Source: Patescibacteria group bacterium
GTDB taxonomy: Bacteria > Patescibacteriota > Microgenomatia > 0-14-0-10-38-17
Direction: 5' to 3'
Length of the DNA stretch: 64,000 nucleotides
NCBI GenBank assembly: GCA_050953885.1
Contig: JBMNNJ010000001.1
Span: 9,137-73,136 of the forward strand
Every line of letters begins with the position of its first letter. Positions within the stretch are counted from its first letter, which is position 1. Both the position numbers and the translations under genes were made by a program. The notes beneath the pieces are model-generated. The model saw only the letters and a program-made list of their open reading frames with translations. It ran no database searches and had not been told where the DNA came from. Positions 46,141-55,570 of the stretch are shown here, in pieces.

Positions 46141-46275
46141 CTAATTAATGCAAAATGCAAAAATCAAAGATCAAAACCTAGATTAAAATTTAAAAATATT
46201 TTTAAATTCTTGTTATTAATTTTTGGTATTTGATCTAGGCTTTGCGTTTTGCGTTTTGAGTTTTGCACTTAAGCT
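46141..46275. repeat. AAAAG-heptamer palindromic intergenic element (divergent iscS/tatD region)
   Basis: tgcaaaatgcaaaaatcaaagatcaaaacctagat mirrored by atctaggctttgcgttttgcgttttgagttttgca. Confidence 0.65.
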
Positions 46276-46326
46276 ATTATACCATTTTCCTCTCTCTTAT
46301 GATAAGCTAACAAGACGGTTTACTTC

Positions 46327-47148
46327 TTGCCTATGATTGATGTTCACGCCCATCTTAACTTTCAGGATTTTGCCAAGGATTATTGGCAGGTAGCCAAAGA
46401 AAGCTTTTCTTTAGGAGTAAAGGCGATTATTAATGTGGGCGCAAATTTTGAAACTTCCGAAAAAGCGGTTTTAGTTGCCCAAGAAATTCCTTTTTGTTTT
46501 GCCAGCGTGGGCATTCACCCGATACACTATAGTGAAGAGGAATTTAGTGAGCAAAAGTTTACTAATATTATAAATAATAGCGGCAAGGAAGTGGTGGCGA
46601 TAGGAGAAACAGGCTTTGATTATTACCGTTTACCGGTCAACGTTACCTTGAGTAAAGCAAGAAAATCGCAAAAGGAATTGTTGATAAGCCATTTAGAATT
46701 GGCTAAAAAATTTGCCCTGCCTCTTATTTTTCATTGTCGAGGGGCGCAAAATGGTCCTTTTGGGGCCTATTATGACTTGCTGGCGGTTTTAGAAGAAAGA
46801 AAATGGCGTGGTAAAATACAGGGCGAGGTTCATTGCTTTGTTGGCAATTGGTTTTTGGCCCAGAAGTTTTTAAGTTTAGGCTTTTATTTAGGTTTTACCG
46901 GTAATATTACTTTTAAAAATGCCGGCAAGAATTTGCTTGAAGTCGTGTTTCGCTGCCCGCGGGAGAGGATTTTGGCCGAAACGGATTGTCCGTATCTTGC
47001 CCCAGAGCCCTTTCGAGGAAAACGTAATTTGCCCCATTATCTAATTTATACGCTTGAAAAAATTGCCCAAGTAAAGAAAGAGCCGGTGGAAGAGGTGGAA
47101 GCGTTGCTTGAGGAAAATAGCCGAGAGCTGTTTAGGTTAAACTGCTAA
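46327..47148 (+). CDS. tatD: TatD-family metal-dependent hydrolase/DNase
   Basis: MIDVHAHLNF N-terminal HxH; typical TatD length. Confidence 0.8.
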   Translation: MPMIDVHAHLNFQDFAKDYWQVAKESFSLGVKAIINVGANFETSEKAVLVAQEIPFCFASVGIHPIHYSEEEFSEQKFTNIINNSGKEVVAIGETGFDYYRLPVNVTLSKARKSQKELLISHLELAKKFALPLIFHCRGAQNGPFGAYYDLLAVLEERKWRGKIQGEVHCFVGNWFLAQKFLSLGFYLGFTGNITFKNAGKNLLEVVFRCPRERILAETDCPYLAPEPFRGKRNLPHYLIYTLEKIAQVKKEPVEEVEALLEENSRELFRLNC

Positions 47149-47157
47149 AAAACGCGA

Positions 47158-47210
47158 ATCAACACGAATAAAAAACGAATAAACACGAATGAGCGAATGA
47201 TTAGCGCGAA
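47158..47210. repeat. phased ACGAAT tandem repeat block (copy 3)
   Basis: aacgcgaatcaacacgaataaaaaacgaataaacacgaatgagcgaatga. Confidence 0.6.
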
Positions 47211-47237
47211 CTACCTGCATAGTAATTAAGTAAAGTA

Positions 47238-48968
47238 ATGAAGGATTTTAAAAAAGTTATCTCTTTTGCCAGACCCTACCGTGGCCAAATTGTTTTGGCG
47301 ATGGTGATGCTGGCGCTGGTGGTGGCGGCTGATTTAGCCCTGCCGCGCCTTATCCAGAAGCTAATCGATGAAGGGGTGGCGGTGGGTAATTTAGCGATGG
47401 TTTGGCGGCAGGCGGCGATTATTGTTGGCCTTTCTTTTTTGGCGGCCTTCTTTTCTTTTTTAAATACTATTTTTTCTGTCCGTTCTTCCTATTTTTTTGG
47501 CCGTGATCTTCGCTTGGCTCTTTTTAAGAAAGTGCAAAAGCTTTCTTTTGCCAATTTTGATAATTGGGATTTATCAAAGATTTTAGTGCGTTTAACGGCC
47601 GATGTGGAAACCCTGCAGCAGGCATTGCGAATGACGATGAGAATTATTCTCCGTTCTCCTTTAATGGTTTTGGGAAGCAGTATGATGCTTTTGGGAACAA
47701 GCCTGGAACTTTCTTTGATTGCTCTTTTCCTCTTGCCTATTTTGGGAGTTTTGATAGGGATTTTTCTTTTTAAAGTTCGGCCCCTTTTTCGGCAAATTCA
47801 AAAGAAGTTGGAAGCCTTAAACCAAGTTTTAGCGGAAAATTTAAATGGGGTGCGGGTGGTTAAAGCTTTCGGAGGCGAAAAACGGGAAATTAACCGGTTT
47901 TTTCTGGCCAATCAAGATTTTGCCGGGCAAAATATTCGGGTAATGCAAATTCTGGCCATTTTAGCCCCGACGCTTTTACTGGTAATTAATTTTGGGGGCG
48001 CGGTGGTGGTTTGGTTTGGGGGTCAAAAAGTGGTTGCCGGCGTTTTCAGCGCCGGGCAGTTAGTGGCTTTTCTTAACTATCTTTTTTTAACGATTTTTCC
48101 CTTGGTGATGTTGGGAATGGTGATTGCCCGTTTGGCGGCGGCGCGTGTTTCTGCCCAACGGGTAGGGGAAATTTTCTCTCTTTCTCCTCAAGTAAAGGAA
48201 AAAAAGAATGCCTTAAATTTTAAAAAAATTAGGGGAGAAATTATTTTTGACAAGGTTGAATTTCGTTACCAAAAAGAAGCACCACCGGTTTTACGGCAAA
48301 TTAATTTAAAAATTAATCCTGGGGAGAGAGTGGCAATTTTAGGCGCCACCGGGGCGGGAAAATCAACCTTAATTTATCTTGTGCCTCGTTTTTATGACCC
48401 TACGGCAGGGAGAGTTTTAATTGATGGCGTTGATCTTCGCCGGGTTTCCCTTTCTTCCCTTCGCTCTCAAATTGGTGTTTGTTTCCAACAGCCTTTGCTT
48501 TTTTCCGGAACAGTGGAGGAAAATATCAAATATGGGCCAAAAGATATCAGCGATGAGGCGATGATTAAGGCGGCCAAAATTGCCCAAATTCACCGCTTTA
48601 TTATGGACCTGCCCCAGGGCTACCAAACGCCGGTTTTACAGGGAGGAGCTAATTTTTCCGGCGGCCAAAAGCAGCGTTTTGCTTTGGCTCGCGCTTTGGC
48701 TTTGCGGCCCAAAATTTTGCTTTTGGATGATGCCACCAGCGCTTTGGACGCCCAGACAGAAGTGAAAGTGCAGGAAAATTTAAAAAAATTAGCGCAAAAA
48801 AAAGAAAGCACTATTTTAATGGTGGCTCAAAGAGTGAGTTCGGTTTTAAGCTTCGACCGGATCGTGATTTTAGACAATGGCACGATTAGCGCGGTAGGAA
48901 ACCATCGAGAGCTTTTAAAAAAGAGCTCTTTGTATCGGGAAATTTATCAATCGCAATTAGGAGAGTAA
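47238..48968 (+). CDS. ABC transporter permease/ATPase (type I exporter, MsbA-like) subunit A
   Basis: 6-TM domain + NBD with Walker A GATGAGKST, signature FSGGQKQR, Walker B LLLDDATSALD. Confidence 0.85.
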   Translation: MKDFKKVISFARPYRGQIVLAMVMLALVVAADLALPRLIQKLIDEGVAVGNLAMVWRQAAIIVGLSFLAAFFSFLNTIFSVRSSYFFGRDLRLALFKKVQKLSFANFDNWDLSKILVRLTADVETLQQALRMTMRIILRSPLMVLGSSMMLLGTSLELSLIALFLLPILGVLIGIFLFKVRPLFRQIQKKLEALNQVLAENLNGVRVVKAFGGEKREINRFFLANQDFAGQNIRVMQILAILAPTLLLVINFGGAVVVWFGGQKVVAGVFSAGQLVAFLNYLFLTIFPLVMLGMVIARLAAARVSAQRVGEIFSLSPQVKEKKNALNFKKIRGEIIFDKVEFRYQKEAPPVLRQINLKINPGERVAILGATGAGKSTLIYLVPRFYDPTAGRVLIDGVDLRRVSLSSLRSQIGVCFQQPLLFSGTVEENIKYGPKDISDEAMIKAAKIAQIHRFIMDLPQGYQTPVLQGGANFSGGQKQRFALARALALRPKILLLDDATSALDAQTEVKVQENLKKLAQKKESTILMVAQRVSSVLSFDRIVILDNGTISAVGNHRELLKKSSLYREIYQSQLGE

Positions 48969-48971
48969 AAA

Positions 48972-50732
48972 ATGGCCACTAAAAATAATTCTCGCAAACT
49001 TCATTTAGGCAAAAGGCTTTTGGCTTATTTTAAGCCTTTTTGGCCAAGATTAATTTTGGTCGGTTTACTTCTTCTTTTAGGGATTGGTTTTAATCTTCTG
49101 GAGCCTTATTTTTTAGGTAAGATTATTGACGAAAAACTATTGGTTGGCGATTGGGAAGGGGCCCGGAAAATGATTTTTCTCCTGCTGGGGATTTATGGGG
49201 GCGCTTGGCTGACGCGGCTTCTTCAGGCAAGACTAATGGCCAAGATTTCCCAGGAAGCTTTATTTTCTCTGCGGCAGGATCTTTTTGTTCACCTGCAGGG
49301 GCTTTCGATCCGCTTTTTTGACCAAAGAGCTCATGGAGATTTAATGAGCCGGCTTACTAACGATATTGAGGCGATTAATCGCGCCCTAGGCCAAAACCTG
49401 CTTCAACTGGCAAGCAACTTTTTATCGTTAGTAGGCGTTTTGGTTTTCATCTTTTTTCTTAATCTTCCCTTAGCTTTAACGGTGGCTGTCAGTTTCCCTT
49501 TTGTGGTGGGGGTGACGATTTTAGTGACCAAAAGAACCAGGAAGGGTTTTCAGGCTTTGCAAAAAGAAATCGGCTCTCTTAATGGGGTTTTGGAAGAGCA
49601 AATTGGGGGGGTGCGAACCGTTCAAGCTTTTTCCCAACAAGAGAAAAGCTTGGTTTTATTTTCCCAAAAAAACGAAGCGGTTTGCCAGCGGGGTATTTAT
49701 GCTTCTACCTTTGCCTTTCTCCTTCCCCCTTTAATTAATATTTTTGCCAATGCCGATATTGGTTTGGTAGCGGGCGTGGGGGGATTTTTGGCCTTGCAGG
49801 GAAAGGTGGGCATTGGTTTGGTGGTGGCATTTATTAACTATTCCCGCCAGGTTTCCCAGCCGGTGCGTGAGCTGGCGGATATTTATAATTCTTTTCAGGA
49901 GGCCATATCTGGGGCGGGGCGGGTTTTTGAAATTATTGACTACCAACCGGAAATCAAAGATGCTCCTAATGCCCAAGATGTCAAGCTTCGGGGGAGAGTT
50001 ATTTTTGATAAGGTAAGTTTCTCTTACGATGAGGAAAAACCAGTTTTAAAAGAGATCAGTTTTACGGTTGAGCTGGGGCAGACATTGGCCTTGGTTGGTC
50101 CAACCGGGGCGGGAAAAACCACCATTGCCAATCTTCTTTTCCGTTTTTACGAGCCCGGGCGGGGAAAAATTTTTCTCGACGAGTGGGAAATAAGGGAGAT
50201 TAAAATTACTTCTCTTAGGCGACAATTGGGCTTGGTGCTCCAGGATCCCTTTCTTTTTTCGACGACTATTTTGGAAAATATTCGTTATGGCCGGCCAGAG
50301 GCAAGCCAAGAAGAAGTGATCGCGGCGGCCAAAATTGCCGGCGCTCATCAATTTATTAAGCGCCTGCCAAAGGGGTATCAAACAGAACTTTCTTGGGGGG
50401 GAACGGATTTAAGCCAAGGTCAGCGTCAGCTTTTAACCATTGCCCGGGCGGTTTTAGTAAATCCGGTGATTTTGCTTTTGGATGAGGCCACCAGCAGCGT
50501 CGACACTCGTACCGAAATAGAAATTCAGAAAGCTTTAGATCGGTTGCGCCAAAACCGAACCAGCATCGTTATTGCTCACCGGCTTTCAACAATTAGAAAC
50601 GCTGACCAGATTTTGTTTATTAAAAATGGCCGGATAAAGGAGCGGGGCACTCATCGGGAGCTTTTGGCCAAAAAAGGCTTTTACGCTCGTTTTTACCAAG
50701 CGCAGTTTGGAGGGCTAAAGTCTAGAGAATAA
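48972..50732 (+). CDS. ABC transporter permease/ATPase (type I exporter) subunit B
   Basis: TMD + NBD with GPTGAGKTT, LSQGQRQL, LLLDEATSSVD; adjacent to its paralogue, so likely a heterodimeric exporter. Confidence 0.85.
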   Translation: MATKNNSRKLHLGKRLLAYFKPFWPRLILVGLLLLLGIGFNLLEPYFLGKIIDEKLLVGDWEGARKMIFLLLGIYGGAWLTRLLQARLMAKISQEALFSLRQDLFVHLQGLSIRFFDQRAHGDLMSRLTNDIEAINRALGQNLLQLASNFLSLVGVLVFIFFLNLPLALTVAVSFPFVVGVTILVTKRTRKGFQALQKEIGSLNGVLEEQIGGVRTVQAFSQQEKSLVLFSQKNEAVCQRGIYASTFAFLLPPLINIFANADIGLVAGVGGFLALQGKVGIGLVVAFINYSRQVSQPVRELADIYNSFQEAISGAGRVFEIIDYQPEIKDAPNAQDVKLRGRVIFDKVSFSYDEEKPVLKEISFTVELGQTLALVGPTGAGKTTIANLLFRFYEPGRGKIFLDEWEIREIKITSLRRQLGLVLQDPFLFSTTILENIRYGRPEASQEEVIAAAKIAGAHQFIKRLPKGYQTELSWGGTDLSQGQRQLLTIARAVLVNPVILLLDEATSSVDTRTEIEIQKALDRLRQNRTSIVIAHRLSTIRNADQILFIKNGRIKERGTHRELLAKKGFYARFYQAQFGGLKSRE

Positions 50733-50753
50733 AAAATTTTCAAAAGCAGAACG

Positions 50754-50876
50754 GAGTAGCGCAGTTTACTGCGCGCTGATCTTGGCGCGAACTAAAGTTC
50801 GCTACTCCATTTTGTTGTGAATTAGCGCAATTTATTGCGCGCCAATTCCCGCGCGAACTAAAGTTCGCTACTCCAA
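50754..50876. repeat. tandem 66-68-bp structured repeats (x2) downstream of the ABC operon
   Basis: Unit 1 ggagtagcgcagtttactgcgcgctgatcttggcgcgaactaaagttcgctactcc (large hairpin + U tract); unit 2 shares gcgc..ttta..gcgcg..cgcgcgaactaaagttcgctactcc. Confidence 0.6.
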
Positions 50877-50891
50877 AAAAAAGAATGGAAT

Positions 50892-50918
50892 AGCGCGCTT
50901 CAGCGCGCGCTTATTTTT
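50892..50918 (+). terminator. rho-independent terminator (agcgcgcTTCAgcgcgcgct + uuauuuuu)
   Basis: GC-rich 8-bp stem followed by a T-run. Confidence 0.6.
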
Positions 50919-50986
50919 GGCGCATCCCATCTGTTTGCCCTTTGGCGAAAAGTTTGCTATCCGGTTTATGTCCCAGCGATATAATA

Positions 50987-51062
50987 TTTTTGCATCAGTA
51001 GACTATATTACGAATACAAGGGTAAAAAGTAAAGGAGAAAATTATCAAAATTAAAACCAATC
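50987..51062. repeat. left direct repeat (about 75 bp) flanking the AT-rich island
   Basis: ttttgcatcagtagactatattacgaatacaagggtaaaaagtaaaggagaaaattatcaaaattaaaaccaat is about 85% identical to 55749-55822. Confidence 0.7.
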
Positions 51063-51248
51063 AAGGATAAAAAAGCGTTTTTAGAGCCTCTGCGAAACAA
51101 ATCTTAAAACTGGCGGCTTCATTCGCCTTAATAACAGCCCTGTCGTTTTTTTAGTTTTAAAATTTTTTAAAAAAGTGAAACTATTGTACTATACAACAAG
51201 TGTATAATTGTATTTTAATTAAAATACCTACCATTAAGCACTATCGCT

Positions 51249-51758
51249 ATGAATACTCCCGAAAAAATTGGTATAACTAGAAAAAACTTGATGACACGTG
51301 AGACTGAGAAAAGACTAAAAATAGCCTTAGCCGAAGTTGAAGAAAAAGCAAAAATGGCATTAAAAGCTGTTGGTGAAAGTGCGGGACCAAGTAGTGATTG
51401 GCACGATAATTTCCCTTTCGAACAGGCTAATCGTGATTTCGAACTTTATTCTTCAGAAGTAACAATGATTAAAAAGCAATTAGAAAATCGAGAAATTATA
51501 AAACCAAGGGGAGAAATAGCGGAGGTAGGTGTAGGTAATGAGGTTGTTATTATCCTTAATAATGAAGAAAAGCCTGAAGTTTTTACGTTGCTAGGTAGTG
51601 CAGACTCATTTACGAAAACTGGCTGGCTTTCATGTGAATCGCCACTAGGGTCAAGCCTTATAGGCAAAAAAGTTGGGGAAATGATAATATTTTCCGTAGG
51701 GGAAAAGGTCATAAAAGGAAAGATTCTTGAAATTCGTCCCGGGAAATTTGATTTTTAG
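51249..51758 (+). CDS. GreA/GreB-family protein (Rnk-like, regulator-of-NDK type)
   Basis: C-terminal FKBP-like Gre domain: EVFTLLGSADSFTKTGWLSCESPLGSSLIGKKVGEMIIFSVGEKVIKGKILEIRP; N-terminal coiled coil lacks the acidic GreA tip. Confidence 0.65.
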   Translation: MNTPEKIGITRKNLMTRETEKRLKIALAEVEEKAKMALKAVGESAGPSSDWHDNFPFEQANRDFELYSSEVTMIKKQLENREIIKPRGEIAEVGVGNEVVIILNNEEKPEVFTLLGSADSFTKTGWLSCESPLGSSLIGKKVGEMIIFSVGEKVIKGKILEIRPGKFDF

Positions 51759-51795
51759 AAAAAATATGATAATATTGTAGAAAATAACAAAAGTA

Positions 51796-52329
51796 ATGAT
51801 TTCTATGTCTAACGCCCCTGTTTTCGAGTTTGAAAGAAAATTTATCGTTAAGAAAATAAGCTCGCTTCCTTTTGATCTAGCTAAGGCGCAAAAGGCCGAT
51901 ATTAAACAAGGTTTTTATTCAGGTTTGCCTTCTCCTTTGCGAATTAGAGCGATAAATGACGAATATACCCTGACGAAAAAATTTGTGTTAGGAGAAAATA
52001 AGGGCCAATTAGAAGAAGTAACTCTTCCTCTTAAAAAATCAGAATTTAAGGTTCTTTTCCCTCGCGCTTATAAGAAAATTTTCAAAACCCGTTATTCTTT
52101 TTGTTGGCATGGTTATAAGGTCGATCTTGATGTGTTTAGGGGGAAGCTTAAGGGCTTAATTATTGCCGAATTTGAATTTGCCAGCAAAGAGGAGATGGAA
52201 CAATTTCTTCCTCCCTCATTTTTAGGGGCGGAAATAACCCAACAAGAATGGGCCACTAATTCTCGTCTTGCCCTTTTAACTTTTAGCCGGCTCCAAAAAA
52301 TTCTTGTCCGTTATGAAAAAACTATCTGA
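51796..52329 (+). CDS. CYTH-domain protein (triphosphate tunnel metalloenzyme / CyaB-like)
   Basis: N-terminal ExExK signature FEFERKFIV; size about 177 aa fits CYTH. Confidence 0.6.
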   Translation: MISMSNAPVFEFERKFIVKKISSLPFDLAKAQKADIKQGFYSGLPSPLRIRAINDEYTLTKKFVLGENKGQLEEVTLPLKKSEFKVLFPRAYKKIFKTRYSFCWHGYKVDLDVFRGKLKGLIIAEFEFASKEEMEQFLPPSFLGAEITQQEWATNSRLALLTFSRLQKILVRYEKTI

Positions 52330-53569
52330 AGATAAGATAATTGATTTAAAGTTGGATTTACTAATGCAAGGGGTTGATTGTGATTTTAATAATTTGAAAA
52401 CAAAAAGGGATATTGATTCTTATCGTGTAAATAAAATTAGAGTGTCTGATAGACACTTTATTAACCCTAAAAGTAAAAAAAGAAAATATATTCCGGATGA
52501 AATTCTTATTGGGAACCATAATTTTTACCAAACAATTGCTAAAGTTTACTATAATCGAAACTCTAATTTTATTCTCACTTATCAAAAAACGGTCGATAAG
52601 TTTTTAATAAAAGATAAGAAAAAGAATTGCTATTTAGAGACAGAGGTAAACTTTATTCCTTTAAAAAGCTTTTCGAAGAGAATTTTTACCACCAAAGAAG
52701 GTAAAAAAATACCGGAGAATGAAATTGTCACGCCAATTTCGATTGATAGATTGACAATAAATCCCTTTGATGGGTGTTCTATGTGGTTAAATGGAAATGA
52801 GTGTAGTTTTTGTGGGGCTAGTCCGAAGAGAGTGATTGGGCCGCAGCAAATAAAGCCATCAATAACAACTATTTCCCAATACCAAAGCATTGGGGCATGG
52901 TGGAATAGCCAAAAGGAAACAGTCTTGGAGGTTATTTGTGATTCATTCCAACATATTAAAATATCGGACTTTAAACCGCATTTACACTTTGTAATCACAA
53001 CGGGTTTTCTATATGGTTTTGAATGGGACATAGTTATAGAAATTTTGAGCGTGATTAAAGAGTATTTTAAGGTAGGCGAAACTGATTCACATTTGTCTTT
53101 AATGCCGCCAAAGAATATTGACAAGCTTGAAACAGTAAAAAAACTTGGCATAAAAAACGTTGCTTTTAATCTTGAATGTTTTGATCAAAAAGTTTTTGAG
53201 GCTATTTGTAAAGGGAAAAACTTTTTTATTGGTTATAATAATTTTAGGGAAAAGCTAAGGGAGGCTGTAAAAATATTTGGACGTGGTCACGTAAGGACAA
53301 ATTTTGTTTTAGGATTAGAAGACTTAAAAAACCTTATAAAAGGTTGTGAAATTTTAGCTGAAGAAGGTATAGTTTCTGATTATACTATCTTCTTTCCCAG
53401 ACCAGCCTCTGGTATACAAAAAAAGACTAAGGATATATTGACTAAAGCGGAAGTTATCGATTTTACCAAAAATTTGGTAAAAATTTATCAACTCTATGAC
53501 TATAGACCTTTTACGTGTAATTTAAGTTCAAGGACTAGTATTGCCAACGATATTTATAATTTGCTTTGA
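52304..53569 (+). CDS. hypothetical 421-aa protein with CX8CX2C cluster (possible variant radical-SAM or metal-binding enzyme)
   Basis: DGCSMWLNGNECSFCGAS motif plus NVAFNLECFD; not a canonical CxxxCxxC, so the family is not asserted. Confidence 0.35.
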   Translation: MSVMKKLSEDKIIDLKLDLLMQGVDCDFNNLKTKRDIDSYRVNKIRVSDRHFINPKSKKRKYIPDEILIGNHNFYQTIAKVYYNRNSNFILTYQKTVDKFLIKDKKKNCYLETEVNFIPLKSFSKRIFTTKEGKKIPENEIVTPISIDRLTINPFDGCSMWLNGNECSFCGASPKRVIGPQQIKPSITTISQYQSIGAWWNSQKETVLEVICDSFQHIKISDFKPHLHFVITTGFLYGFEWDIVIEILSVIKEYFKVGETDSHLSLMPPKNIDKLETVKKLGIKNVAFNLECFDQKVFEAICKGKNFFIGYNNFREKLREAVKIFGRGHVRTNFVLGLEDLKNLIKGCEILAEEGIVSDYTIFFPRPASGIQKKTKDILTKAEVIDFTKNLVKIYQLYDYRPFTCNLSSRTSIANDIYNLL

Positions 53570-53765
53570 GAAAAATATTTTGCCTATGGATCCCGATTAT
53601 TTAAGGTACGAATCGTTTGAAAACCTATATGTCGAGACGCCACTTAAATGGGGTTTATTGTGTTTCAATCAAGCTCACCAGAAGCGAGAAGTTTTAAAAC
53701 TAACGACAGATATTGATGAAATACTATCATTGTTAAAAAAAAGGCTGGGAAAAGCATGCTGGTAG
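53541..53765 (+). CDS. small ORF (possibly the 5' part of a frameshifted gene continuing at 53797)
   Basis: ORF only; overlaps the upstream gene end; separated by 31 bp and a frame change from the next ORF. Confidence 0.2.
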   Translation: MPTIFIICFEKNILPMDPDYLRYESFENLYVETPLKWGLLCFNQAHQKREVLKLTTDIDEILSLLKKRLGKACW

Positions 53766-53796
53766 GAATCAATATATTTTACGTTCTCCTGAGAAA

Positions 53797-54630
53797 GTGC
53801 TTTGTGACCTTTCAGAGAGAGAAATTAACCCTACAGATAATTTAGATCTGTTGGTAGATTACTATACTTTTTTAAAAAATATAAATCTGGCGTCTTTAAT
53901 AAGAGAAATAAAAAGAGAAAATAAACACATTAAAGACCTAGAAATTATTCCCCTAACAAATCATATTTTTACAAGCGAGGTTAGAGTAGCAGCATCAGAT
54001 CAAAGAATAGACGTTGTGCCGGGTTTGATTTTTGAGTATTATCTGAAAACAAAGGGAATCAAAAATGTTGTTACTAATAAAAAATTGCCTAATAAATTAA
54101 GTGCGATGGATATTTTTGTAAAAAATTTTTATCAAGAAATCAGAAGATATTATCGTAAAATAGGTTATGAGTTGGTCCAAAATCCTGAAATTCCAGAAAT
54201 GGATTTTTGGGATAAATTTAGAGGAGAATATGATATTTATGTTTTTATCCCCAAATCGGCGATTAGATATTGCCTTAGTTTCTTAAATCGGGTTGGAATA
54301 GAATACCTTAATAAGGTTTGCCTTTGGGAATATCATACGGGTAACGATACAAATAAAGAGCTAGTTATATTTAAAAAAAATATATGCGGCAAAAGAGTCT
54401 TGGTGGTTGATCGCTCCTTTTCTAGCTACACGTTAACACATTTATCTCAAAAAATTAAAGAGAATGGCGCAGAAATAGTGGATAGACTCGCTATATTTCC
54501 AAAATCGCAAGCAGCGATCTTAAATAGTGAATATTGCTTTTTTTGGCATTCATTACTTAAGAGCCAGAAAGTTGATTTGAGTGGAGAATGGGCTCTCAGG
54601 CTTTTTAAGAAGGTGAATCATTCAATTTAA
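53797..54630 (+). CDS. hypothetical protein with degenerate type-I PRTase-like PRPP loop
   Basis: GKRVLVVDRSFSSYTLTHL resembles the hydrophobic-strand-DD-x-TGxT PRPP-binding motif, but degenerate. Confidence 0.3.
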   Translation: MLCDLSEREINPTDNLDLLVDYYTFLKNINLASLIREIKRENKHIKDLEIIPLTNHIFTSEVRVAASDQRIDVVPGLIFEYYLKTKGIKNVVTNKKLPNKLSAMDIFVKNFYQEIRRYYRKIGYELVQNPEIPEMDFWDKFRGEYDIYVFIPKSAIRYCLSFLNRVGIEYLNKVCLWEYHTGNDTNKELVIFKKNICGKRVLVVDRSFSSYTLTHLSQKIKENGAEIVDRLAIFPKSQAAILNSEYCFFWHSLLKSQKVDLSGEWALRLFKKVNHSI

Positions 54631-54635
54631 CGCCG

Positions 54636-55304
54636 TTAGTTTTCAAACAGAAGTTTTAAATAATTATTCATAATATTTATTTCTCTTTTTACCGATTCTA
54701 TACTGTCACTTCCATGAACTATACCGTTGTAATTATTTAGAGCAAATTGACCGCGGATAGTATTAGGATTTCTTCTTTCTTCAACATTCCAGTCCCCCAT
54801 TTGTGTTCTCCAAAAAGAAACAGCGTCGCCTTTGTTAGACCAGAGCAATAAAACAGTAGTTGGGCCCGACATCATTAAATTAGCAAATTCTTCCCAACGA
54901 TTTTGAAATTTATTTTTATAAACGTATGGTAATAGTTCTTGCTGTTTTCTCTTAGGCTCTCCATCATAAAATTCGTTTATTGTTTTTTCATCAAAAATAA
55001 GAGATAATTCAAAAATTATTTCGAGCGGAGGTTGTATAGCTTTTTTAATAGCATGGGCCAATTCGACATCACTTAGACCGGGTAAGTTAAGTTCCGCAGG
55101 TTTTATCATCGCTAACGTAATAAAGCCTTGTTCTATAGCTTCTGCAAAGGAGGGACTTTCTATCACTTGGATGATATTTTTTAATTTTAGTTTTTCTGTC
55201 TCTTCTAGAGAAAGTTCTTTATATTTATTAACAATTAGGTTTTCTCTTTGTAAAACAGGAGGAGTTTCTGCCTGTTTTAATGTATAAATTAAATTTTCGT
55301 GCAT
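54636..55304 (-). CDS. atypical nucleoside diphosphate kinase-like protein (222 aa, N-terminal extension + insertion)
   Basis: TLAMIKPAEL (NDK IIKP motif), MSGPTTVLLLW..., catalytic-His motif NGIVHGSDSIESVKREI. Confidence 0.65.
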   Translation of the reverse strand: MHENLIYTLKQAETPPVLQRENLIVNKYKELSLEETEKLKLKNIIQVIESPSFAEAIEQGFITLAMIKPAELNLPGLSDVELAHAIKKAIQPPLEIIFELSLIFDEKTINEFYDGEPKRKQQELLPYVYKNKFQNRWEEFANLMMSGPTTVLLLWSNKGDAVSFWRTQMGDWNVEERRNPNTIRGQFALNNYNGIVHGSDSIESVKREINIMNNYLKLLFEN

Positions 55305-55345
55305 TTTTAATTCCTCCTTTTTCTAACTTTACAAGAGATAATTTT

Positions 55346-55570
55346 TTAGAGTTTAAGTTGTCTTGCTAAGTTTTTATTTTTTAAAGTATTAAGGGACCCT
55401 ACATAGACTACTCGAAACTTATAGCCCTTAGATTCACGGTCATTTCCGATAAACTTTCTAATCTTCTTTTTTATTTTACCACGACTATTAAAATGTTTGT
55501 GCTGACAAGGGTCATTGGTAATACCTGAAGGAATACCAACAACCATACCCGATAGGTGTTTGGTAGTCAA
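55346..55570 (-). CDS. small ORF, possible transposase C-terminal remnant
   Basis: Weak resemblance (N..G.IKKKIRKF..G....F) to ISL3-type transposase C-termini; very uncertain. Confidence 0.2.
   Translation of the reverse strand: MTTKHLSGMVVGIPSGITNDPCQHKHFNSRGKIKKKIRKFIGNDRESKGYKFRVVYVGSLNTLKNKNLARQLKL

Noticed and set aside
50754-50880. Possible CRISPR array (regularly spaced GC-rich palindromic repeats)
   Set aside because: Only about two units directly abutting each other with no spacers, no cas genes nearby, and each unit ends in a U-tract. They are better explained as tandem terminator-like repeats.
52304-53569. Confident radical-SAM assignment for the 421-aa island protein
   Set aside because: The cysteine cluster is CX8CX2C, not the canonical CX3CX2C, and I cannot see a clear GGE/SAM-binding motif. 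It is kept as a hypothesis only.
55346-55570. Confident transposase remnant call
   Set aside because: The similarity to ISL3-type C-termini is weak and based on a few residues only, so it is retained as a low-confidence ORF.
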